From Bugula neritina (Eukaryota; Animalia; Bryozoa): a stretch of 64,000 bases of DNA. Of the stretch, positions 13,901-25,900 are shown piece by piece (the stretch's first letter is position 1; every line of letters begins with the position of its first letter). Both the position numbers and the translations under genes were made by a program. The notes below the pieces were generated by a model. The model saw only the letters and a program-made list of their open reading frames with translations. It did not search any database and was not told the origin of the DNA. Location of the stretch: contig OZ037769.1 in the NCBI GenBank assembly GCA_964035545.1, forward strand, positions 1,488,001 to 1,552,000, in the 5' to 3' direction.

Positions 13901-16900
13901 GCTCTCTATTGTGAATAGTTTGTAAATAATAATACACAAGTAATTAGTAAATTCAAGCTGAGTAGAACATTTTATCTTTGTTGATATATGTTGTCTAATG
14001 ATATGATTTGGAAACCTCATTTTAAGCTGTGTTAGCTTTAATATTCTAAAATAAATTGTTGTTTAGCATTTTAGTAATATATACAGCTAACTATAGTTGT
14101 TCATAAAAGATCATTTTTGAACTGAAAATATCTGAAAAGTAGCTTAATGTTTCTGCAGGAGTCTAAATTTAACTTAATATCTATTTATTTGGTTAAATAT
14201 AAAAACAGCCCTAATCTTCTATTACACCCAGTGCATAATAATTTACAATTTTAGCATAGATACTACAAGGAAGACCAAGGTGTGCCCGGTTGGATGGAAC
14301 TGACTCAACCTTCACAAATAAACAATTTCATAGCCTGTGGGTTTGAAGCTGGTGATCTGGTTACATATGAAATTGCAGCAGGGACAAGTGTGGGTTTTGG
14401 ACCTCCGGCTACAGGAGACATCAGAGTAACGTGTGGATGTAAGTCTGTCAGCTGACCAATCATGTAGCTGCTTACTAAACTTTACTGTCTGAAGTATAAA
14501 CATAATATTGATCTAACACAGTATTAAAATAGGAGGTATATTATACATTTGGCAGTAATGTAAAAATTAAGAAAAGCCTGCGTTCTAGATTTTAATGAAG
14601 GAGAAGAAATCATGTTCTCGTGAAACTTTCAGTTTTTGCCCAAACCAAAATTTATTAAGACAATTATTAAAGATAGGCTATTAGAATTTTTATACTACTG
14701 TATCTAAATGTAAGTTAAATGAACTGTTATTTGTAGCCATTAATATTATTTTTCTTATTTTCAAAGTTTTATATATTATAAAATGCTGCGAATATTATTC
14801 ACAAATATTTAATAACTACTGTTGCATTTAATTATGTGCTGCTTTTTCTGTATGTGTTGTGTGTTGTGTGTATATGATTGTGCGTGTGTACATTTGTGGG
14901 TGTGTGCTCTGTGTGTGCATTTTATTTTGTTGTGTGGATGATGGATAATGATGAGACTTGACCTTTTAACATGTTAGACACATGTAATACTGTATATTTT
15001 TAGTGCCAATCATCCCTGAGGTCCAGGCGTCATACGTGACTCAAGAGCTACTAGAAAAACCAAAACATATAATGACTTTGACATGGGAGGTAAGAATGTA
15101 GTTGCGAAATTTAAACACATTTAGAAAAGACATAATCTATAAAGCTCTGTAGTAGACAACCTTCACAGTGTTTGCTTGCTATTACCAAAACTGTTATTTA
15201 TATCTGCAATTAGATATCTACACATTTTTAATCTGACTTGTTATTCTTAAAATTGGTAGAGCAGAATTTTGAATCTCTATTCTTCATGTTTATGATTAAC
15301 ATCATTAGTATTTGCAGAATTTAGTAATGAAAAGGTTTTCTCGATTGAAAATTGTCAAATTACAAAATGTGGTTTAGAAAAAAGCCATTGTAATAAATTT
15401 GATATGTTTTACTACAATAAATACAAAGTGGCTGTTTAGCAAGTTAAAACTTACTGCCAATAATGAGTTGAAATTTTAACCCCAAGATGGCTATTAATAG
15501 AAACATGCATTGAAACTGTAATAAAGCAGAATTTATTGTAGAAAGCCGCTGATGTAAGTATCTAGTTACACTAAACATATTCTAAAACTACATGCGCAAT
15601 ATTATAATATTATAGGAAGCTGAACCTGCTTGCGACAGTATATTGTACTACAATCTAACTGTGAAGCATGGGGAGAAAACTCTGTCTCATGACCAATTTC
15701 TGGAGGAGGAAGGAGAGAAGAGGGAAAAAGTGCTAGATATGATACATCCATACAATAACTACACTATTATACTGGTAGCTGTGAACAACGCCCTCAATCA
15801 GTCTACTCCTGAACCTCAGTATATTCTTACACCTGAATTAGGTGAGTCTAGGGTTATTGTATTACTATTGTATTACTACTGTATTACTACTATATTACAA
15901 CTGTATTACTACTGTATTACTACTATATTACTACTGTATTACTACTATATTACTACTGTATTACTACTGTATTACTACTGTATTACTACTATATTACTAC
16001 TGTATTACTACTATATTACTACTGTATTACTACTGTATTACTACTATATTACTACTGTATTACTACTATATTACTACTGTATTACTACTATATTACTACT
16101 GTATTACTACTATATTACTACTGTATTTCTACTGTATTTCTACTGTATTACTACTGTATTATTACTGTATTAATATTGTACTACTACTGTATTATTACTG
16201 TATTACTACTATATTACTACTGTATTACTACTGTATTACTACTGTATTACTAATGTATTACTATTGTATTACTATTGTATTACTATATTATATTTTACGT
16301 TATATGATGATATTTAATGTTGAATAATATGTTGAAAATCAAACATATGATAAAAGTTACTCCATGAAGAAAAAGCTTATCATCTGATGAAATAATTTAG
16401 TTCGTTGTCTAAGTGAACAGTTACTCAAGATAAAGAGTTAATTATGCTTTTAGAATCTTCAACACAAAGTATGTGCTACCATATGCCTCATGTTCAAAAC
16501 TTCCTACTGAGCAAATAAAAAATTTGATACAATCCATATAATTTTGGCTGAACAATGTTTTTTTAATGACAAGAAACGATGCAAAATTTAGTTATGCTAA
16601 TACTTGACTCACTATAAGCATTAATTTATTTGTGTGTCATTGAAGCTCCATATGACGGGCCAGGACTATCTGTAGAAGTCAATTCTTCTTGTGTAACTCT
16701 GTCACTCCGAAGTCCTTTGGAACCAAATGGTGTTATCCTCTCCTACTCGGTATATGAATATTATAGCTTACCATTATCTGCTTACATATATAATAGTATC
16801 TGCTTACATATTAAACATTATATACATATATGTAGCTTGTAAGTGTTCACATGACAGGAGTTTCCTGCTGTGTTGAAGGAAATAATTGTTCCTGATTAAT

Positions 16901-19900
16901 CTGTCAGTCAAACTGAGTGTAACACATTTTTGAAAGGCCAGATTCTTAAGTCTATGAACTGATTAGTGTTGCAGTTACTGTTTAACCTACTCTTTCAAAG
17001 TTTCATCATAAATAACATGCCTGGAATTTACCCTTGTGAAATAACTTCACACGGAATTAATAATTTATGTTATGAGTCTGTTTTCTGTTATAGTATAATT
17101 GTGGCTATGCCAATACCACAGCAAGGGAGTATCAAACTGAGAATGCAGATGAACAGTCTAAAACCATGTGTGGGTTTCCATCAGCTGAGAAAATAGTGTG
17201 CGGTGCTACAGCTGCAAACAGTGCAGGGGATAGTCCTGTTACAACAAAGATTGGTTACACTGAAATAGCCAGTTAGTATTCTTTCATTCCCGTACAATAC
17301 AGAAATAATTAGAATTTACGTAAGAATATAATATTTATTTATTTATAGCGCCCAGGTTTCTTATTGCATTATGTTAAGTTTAGTTGGCAAATGCAATCCA
17401 TTGATGCAGAGTAATGTTTTAAAGTTTCTAGCTACTTGAAAAAGAAAAATATTTGGTTTAAGCTCTAAGTGTGTGACTTGTGACTTTATAAAATAATAAT
17501 TTGAAAAATTTCAGAAGAAAGTAAAACCTCACATAGCTGCGATATGTTGTAAGAAAAGCTAAAGTTTATAAAATTATATATGAAGTCACAAACTTGTTAG
17601 AAATACACAATTGTCTATCAGTTTTATACACTTGAATGTATCTGATTACTTTTGTTGATAATTCTAGTAAGCAGTTCCACACTGGCTGAGCTACCTGGTA
17701 AAAGGAACTCTGGGAAAACTGTATCAGTCACCTTACATAAAGTGGATATAGGAAGCAAGGAGGCGAGGTATTATAATGTTCTGTACAGCAAACTGCAAAC
17801 ATGAATAGTTTGCTGGAATTAAAATGTAAACCCCTGTTTCATGCATCAATATACTACATGAAAGATTAAAAAAATATTTTATAGGTGATACTTGTGATAC
17901 TTGCCTAGGCTATTATTAGACAAATAATTTATTACATGACTAGATAAGAAAATTATAATAAAAGTAATATTAAAAAAGGATTATGTCAATCTTTTGAAAA
18001 ATTTTAAAAATTTGTTTACCAATAATTTATTTTCAACTTTTTATCAGACCCACAAAGTTTATTCGTTGTTTTACTTTGTAGTTCTTATCTGCTAATAATT
18101 GAACCGGAAGCTCCTCCAGACGGGAGTCGCAAGAAACGAGCAGCTGGTGAAAGCTCAGGATGTGACTTAACCGACTTGACCGCACTCTCGGGCTGCTACA
18201 TAACAGCCGAACTGAATAACTCATTCTTCAGCGATGGTGACAGCCAGGTCTTTGAAGTTGGAGACGGTGAAACTCACGGTGGCTATCTCAATGAGCCCCT
18301 TACACCTGGTTCCAACTACAAACTGCATCAAGGAGTCACGGTTAAGCTCCCAGTACGTCACAAGTCATATTCATGAACATCTTATGTCACATTTCTGGTT
18401 TGAAAAAACTTGCCAGGAAAAATTATTATCCTTGTTATTTTTATCAATATTAAATTGTTTAGAAAAAACCATTAAAAATAGTAACAAACAGTAATAAGTA
18501 TTTTTCTATATTATTCGTTGTTAGATATAAATTATTTTTCTAAATTTTATTGTAGGATGGGACAAGTCTGCACAAGTTCTTGGAACCTGTCTCTTTCTTT
18601 CTGCGTAAGTATGACAAGTGATGCAAGCAGGAAGTGCACACAATTCCACAAAACTACTCCATGTGTAATATAACTGTCAGGAAAATGCAGCACTTTGTTG
18701 ATCTACTCAGCAATGATAAACCTTACTAATGCACATTAATTCCTTCATAAACTTGCCTAATTTCTTTTAAAATGTAGACAAAAACTATATATTTCAGTGT
18801 CTTAGTAAACAAAAATAAAAAGCAAATGCAAACAAAAACTTAAATGCTGTTCAAAGTCTTTTTAATTTGTGTACTTAACATACAGATCTGCAAAAGGTGT
18901 AAATAGGCACCCCGATAAAGCAAAGAATACTGCAGCAAAATTTATGAATTATCACTTATGCTTTAAATTGCAAATGTGTGATCTGTAAAATAATTAATAC
19001 ATGCCTCTAAATTAAGCAAAATATTTATTATATTCTATAGTTGCGAGTTACAACAGTTTTGCAGGAGCTAAATTGAAAAGAAAACTAGATCAAATTTTTG
19101 TCATTTTAAAAAAAATCTTTGAGTCTGTCAATATTTTAGATCCTTCATGTGACCAGATGTGTATGATAGCTATCGCAGTATCACTATCCATACTGGTGGT
19201 TGTGGTTGCCGTGGTGATATTTATTTTCATGAAAAGGTAATGCTGCTTCATGGGGTAGAATTGCTTAGATGTTTAGTGTTTTTAAAATTCATAATTATTT
19301 GACAAATGTAACTTAACTTTCACCTCACTTGTGTAAAATCACGAATAAATAATGTATAATTGCTATAAAGTATGACATTACATATATAATTGTTAGGTGA
19401 TAAATATATTTTATATTTTTACTTTTGGTATAACTGTTATAAATTGTACAATATATAAACATTATACATTCTAAAATATATACATATATTATATTATGCT
19501 TTATTATAATTGAAGACGTCAAAATAACAAGCGGTTGAATTCAGCAAACAACAACATTTCTCTCAAACCTGTGCGGCCAACAGTCTCTTCACCAGAAATT
19601 GAGTCCCTGGTCAGGGCAGGTGAGTGTAGAACTCATTGAGGTACTTTGTAGCAAAGCATAATATTTTTTATACTCTATACTATTACTATATTCTATGTAG
19701 CAGTAATACCATACTCTTTATAAAACACTATATAGTAATACTATACTCTGTATAATACACTACACAGTAATACTATACTCTGTATAAAACACTATACAGT
19801 AATACTATGCTCTGTATAATACACTATACAGTAAAACTATACTCTGTATAATACACTATACAGTAATACTATGCTCTGTTTAAAAACTCTTTTGTTCTTT

Positions 19901-22900
19901 GTATCCAAACTCTTTGAACACGAAATGTTCCACACTAACTTTTTAAGATTTCCTAATGAAAGTCACTGTTGATATATTTTTATGGAATATATTGAGAATT
20001 AACTTAAAATCTTTGTTTTTATTTTATATCACATACAGACTCAAATGAAAGAAATGCAGTAGAAAGAGAGAACTTGTATGAGCAGGTCACATCTCTGTCA
20101 GTACGACTTTCTCAGCTGGAGGAATATGTAAGGAATGAAGGTCGCCTCAGGACTGAATACAAGGTCAGCTCTGAAACAGTAAAAATAAATTATGCGCAGC
20201 AATTAGTTAATGCAATGGAGTTGCAGCTAATGACCTAAGAAAAATTCTTTTCACACTTGAAAAAAATTATATATGCACAAAATTACGAAAAATAATTGTT
20301 GTAATATATTAAAAAGGGTATTTACATTATTTTTGGCACTGGATATTTAGATTTTTAATTGACTAGTTTTGTTTTTTATTTTGTTATGAAAATAGTTTTT
20401 CAATAAGACAATATAGCTTTAAAGTTGGTAATTATAGTAATAGTTAATATTTTGTTGTGTGTTTTGCTAGTCACTTGCTGAACTGCCAAAACCCATCATG
20501 GAAGTTGCCGTTCTCCCAATGAATAAAGGAAAATGTCGATACAGAGGCCTCTATCCTGGTAAGTGAATTATCAACAACCATATTCTGTAGACTAGGGTGA
20601 TGGAGTTATTTTTGTGGAATTTTTTGTGGCTACTAATAGTTTCTGTAAAATCTTTAATATCATAATTTTTAGTTAAATTTGTTTTTAAATAAGCTGATGA
20701 CTCGCGAGTTATACTCGAAAGAGAGACGGAAGAAGAATCGGACTTTATTAATGCTTCCTACATATCGGTGAGAGAATAACTCCAAATATATTAGTTATTA
20801 ATTACCTTGGTAAATAATTTTTGGCAATAAATGTTTTTTTATTTCTACTCTCTATCTTATTTAAGATCCTAGCAACATATCACCAAATCATGTTGCCTAT
20901 CAGCAAAATGATTTATGGGACATATTTTGGAGCATTATGATTGGCTGTCGTTGTTGACATCATCAACAAATTGGGGTCAACTTATCTAACCCAGCACAAG
21001 TGAAACTAGAAACCTTAATTTCTCATCTCGTCCAATCAGCTGCAGCTGTACATTAAAATTATTTAGAATTGTGGGTGCTTTAAAATGAAGCCATACTTTT
21101 AGAATTTACCAAGCAAGTGGGAATAAAATACGCATTTTTTGCACTCTGATAATTCTAAAAATAAACTTGCATGTCAAGTCTGTTTTATCTTTTACAGGGT
21201 TATGCTCCTGGCAGTCCTAAGTTCATTGCATCGCAAGGTAAATTCATTATTGATTTTGTATTGATAGAAAGATATTGACCTCTTCGGAATGATCAATTAA
21301 TTGAATTCTGCAAGTGTAATGACATTTTTTACAGAACTTGCTGAGAAAACTTTTAAATATATTCCTATGAATATGAGCTTTCAAGTTTATAATAAAACTA
21401 ACACTTGTTATTACAGGGCCGACAGCGGCTACAATTGATGATTTCTGGCTCATGGTTTGGCAGCAGAAGACAAGTTCAGTTGTCATGGTAACCAATGTGG
21501 TCGAAGAGAGAAAGGTGAGTCATACCAACAAATAGCTATTTAGCTTTGAAAAGACACTTTTGCAGACTTCATAATCTAAAAGTAACATTTGCTATTCTTT
21601 CAATAACTCTATGGTGCACATTTATTTTGTCACATAGTAAAAACCTGGGATTCAACGAAATTTATTGACACAGCTAAGACATTTACTGTATTTTGTTTAC
21701 ATTTAGCACAAGTGTGAGCAGTATTGGCCGGATGACACGTCAACAGAACTCAGATATGGAGACATTACAGTCAGCATGGTGTCAGCAGATGAGTGGGCTG
21801 ACTACGTAGTCAGGATGCTCAAAGTAGTAAAGGTATTATTTACACCCTACACACTTCAGTATGACAAGAAGAAATATTGCACGCGGTTCTTATGAAATAT
21901 GTTAATAGAATAGTATGAGATGATTTGAAACAAGGAATCTAGTTTTCAGTGCTGCAGAGCTTAATTATTTACAACAAACTAAAATGACTATTAAATTAAA
22001 GTTTTGCAGAATAATTGTTGAGTAAATAATGTTTTAAACTGAATGACCTGTAAAGCAGCTTACGGAAAAGCTACAAGGGTGTTTTGTATCTTTCATGAGA
22101 CATGAATATTTTTGATAAATGACTAACTTTGAAAAATTAATGAAGAAAGTGTGTGCACAATTCTTTTACTTGAGAAAGCAATATTATCTTATGAATGCTA
22201 TAAAAATTTAGCTAGTTGAACGTTTTTAGTTATTCAACACAGCAAATAATTGCACTAAATCTTTCAATTACAGCATTTTGATTGGATCCCTTAAACCTAA
22301 TCGCCCACTTGTTATTCAAAATGTAACATGAGGCAGTGATTGGTTAGTCATCACCAAATATTCTAACAAGTAAGATAGCCATCAAAACCAATGTTTTGCA
22401 AAGTATTTCTCTTGTTTGTATGAAAATCTTGTAATAAAATAGAATTGTGTTTTCAGTTTTCAGTAAAAACCTAACAAATATCTTCAACTGATGCTATGAC
22501 AAATAGCTGATTTTGCCTGCTTCTCTAAAATATGATTCAGCATTTGTAAAAGCTGTTAGAGAAATTAATAAAAAAAGCTAGCTTAGTAGCTAAATTAAAG
22601 TATATAAATACTGTATATTTAACTGAATACTATATTTCACACAAGTCATATTTTCTCAACATTGCACATGCAGTTTAAACAACAAATTTGTAAGTCACAT
22701 GATTTACCAGACTATTTAATATGAATGCAGGATGGCGAAGTAAGAACAGTAAAGCAGTACCACTACACTTCCTGGCCAGATCATGGTGTTCCAGACAGCA
22801 TGAGTCCTTTTATCTTCTTCTACAAAAGAGTTAAAATAGAAACAACTAAAACGACAACTCCAATAGTAGTGCACTGCAGGTATGACTTAGCACTTAACTA

Positions 22901-25900
22901 ACTACGTCGGCTATGAACTGGCAGGAAAATTTACAAGTGGATCATTTCATGGATGCCTTGCAGTTTAAAATGTTTAAAATTGTTCTAGCGCTGGAGTTGG
23001 TAGAACTGGTACATTCATTGCGATGAACAACTTACTAGAGGAAGCAAAAGTTGAAGAGAGAGTGAATTTCCTTCAATGCGTGAAGAACATGAGAAAATGC
23101 CGACCCAGCATGGTTCAGACAGAAGTAGGTGGATAGTTGACTGTCTATTGATTAAAACTCAATAACTTTCTTTGCCTTAATAAATTATGTTTCCTTGCAG
23201 TATACTTCAATAGTTAAATATATATTTTTTGAATCAAAGAGCCTAATAAGCTCGTAATAAATGCTTGTTAAAATTTTAGCAATAGAAGTCCTAATATAAC
23301 AATAAATTAATTTTGGCTATTACATATCAGAGTGACTTACTTTTTTTATAATTATTTATGGCTCTAATAGGTTTTAAGTTGAAGCAAATATGTTTTTATA
23401 AACTATGCAAAACTTAGGCTAATGTTGACTGTCTGCATTTGCTTTCTGAGAATAAACTTTCTATTATATGTACAGTTACATAATTTTAACCAATCACACG
23501 TCCACATTAATGTTTCTGCAGGATCAGTACGTATTTCTACACCAAGTTGTAAGCGAGTATCTCATTACGAAAGAATTCTTCTGCCCACCGAGTGATTTGC
23601 CTTACAAACTCGCTGATCAGGAGGGTGCCAACAATACCTACTCAAACACTGCTACTGCTGTCATTGGTGCCGAGTTTGACGTGAGTTCTAGTCCTATTTA
23701 GTTGTAAGAATAACTGATATTGTCTTACTATGTATAACATAATAGAACATATATACTGAGCTACAATGCCTTTACATTAGACTTTGACTCTAATATACAG
23801 ACTTGAGAACTTTCACCATGACTTGTGGTTTGTGCAAAGTTCGAAACTCCTAAAATTAATTGAGTAATCTGACATGATTTTATGCACTTTTCAAATTTTG
23901 GTAAAACTAATTTTCTTTCTCGCCCATCTCCGCTTTGTTCTGTATGGCAAATGTGTAGGTCATAAATGCATTATATTTCGCACGGGGAAAAAAACACAAT
24001 CTGAAATTGCTGCTGCTCTATTATTATGATAAAACAGATTGCAGTACCCTAGTCACTGGTATAGTAACAGCAGTTTTTAAGTTTTCATGAATTTGAGATG
24101 AAAAGCTTGATTTTGAGCTCAATGTTGCGCTTCTACTGTTTCAAGAATTGTTCAGGGAGCTGTAGCGTAATACCTGCTAAATATTTTATCATAGTCTGAG
24201 CCAAGAGTCAAGTTGTATGCACAAATTTTGCTAATTTCAGAGAATTCAAGTGATAGTACAGCGTCATGCGATGAATGTGGATGAAGGAAGACGACCAGCA
24301 AACCAGAGCAAGAATAGAGACATGAGCATCTTACCACCAAATGCTGGAGGTATAATAAGTTTTCAATGTCTGGTGGCTGTTCAATTAGCTGCAGAGTACT
24401 ATTTCGACCAGACATTTATTTTGCTTAAGCGAGTTTTACACAAAGTGAAATCTATTCCTTTTAGAAATTATCAGTTTTACCTAATTTTTTTTGTAATTAT
24501 ATGCAAATTCTTCACTAAAATCTTTTAAGGTTTAAAAATTTGAGTTCGAGTACTAGGTATTCAAATTTTTCCGGTATTTAAACATTTATCAGGTTTTTGA
24601 ACTATACTTAAAATATGCTGAAAACTGTTTATAGAAAAAAACTTTAGAATAAAATGCCAGTGTTTGACAATTAGAGTTTTCTTTTCCTTCATAAAATCTG
24701 AAACATACTAAAAATGTTGCATTATGATAATTTATGGAGTTGTTTCCTTTACAGATTCAGTTGAAAGCTCATTGAGACCAAAACTCTTTGGCCCAGACGG
24801 AACCTTCTTGTATATAAATGCTGTGTTTGTAAATGTGAGTTGGAAATTTGCTTTTATAAACTAAAAGATTAGCATATACAAACATACATCATTAACTTTA
24901 GCAGCTCTTTAGCATATATTAGTTTTAATTTATTTATATAAGGCTTGTTTTGCTTGAACGCATTTTATTATTGCAACTGCTTAGCATGTTGTTTAATGGT
25001 ATAAACCAACTTTGTTATTAAATGGCTTGATATTAATTTATTATATTTTTACTGTATTTATTAGTGATTTTATTGAACAAATGTAGCAGTAGAAAAAATA
25101 GTTAGTTTGATAGTTGTTTGTTGATATTAGTTTGCCAAATTTAAAAGCAAAAAATTGAGTTGTTGTGTTTCTATATGCAGAATTCAGTTAAATATAGCTA
25201 GAGATGGCATGTTTTACACTTGATCACATGATTATTGTGATCACGTGATCAAGTGTAAATTGGTTTTTAATTTTTGAAGTTAGAATAATTATATCTTTAG
25301 TAATCCGTCACTTCTTATAATTCACAGTAAAATTTGTTGTTTTAATCAACTTATGCTATCTCAGTTGTACCTCGCCACGTATTTACCAACTGTATCGGCT
25401 GTTTACAGAGTTACAGAAAGAGAAAACAGTTCATAGCCACTCAGTTACCTCTGGCCAACACCATGGCTGACTTCTGGCAGATGATTGAGGAGTGTGAGGT
25501 CTCTGTGATTATTCAACTGGATCCTTGTGATGTAAGTAGATATCTTAGCATCTGCTCCAACTAGCCATGCAGAATATATCAAACATTCAACGAGTATTTT
25601 CACTAAGTGTTATATGTTTTATCAAGAATTTCAAGACTAAAAAATATAATATTTCTGTTAATTAGAACCGATCTAGTATAACTGATTACTTATAGGGAAA
25701 TAGAACAGATTTATTATAACTGATTATTTATAAGGAAATAGAACGATCTAGTATAACTGATTACTTAAATAGGGACATGAAAACTTTTATCCTTCAACTG
25801 ATGAAGAAAAGCCTTTGAGTTTTGGAGAATTTTCGGTAGTCCGACTTGAGACTGAAAGCTCCGAACTAACCACAGTCGTTACTTTGAGAGTGAACAAAAA

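Noticed and set aside
15842-16327. Long ORFs rich in LLLYYYCITT
   Set aside because: They are translations of an intronic 11-bp minisatellite; the real exon ends at 15841.
19701-19880. CRISPR-like array
   Set aside because: Head-to-tail repeats without unique spacers, in a eukaryotic intron, with no cas genes.
25213-25259. 20-bp-arm intronic hairpin (a similar small one lies at 51867-51894)
   Set aside because: Single short inverted repeats with no further support; probably TE remnants.
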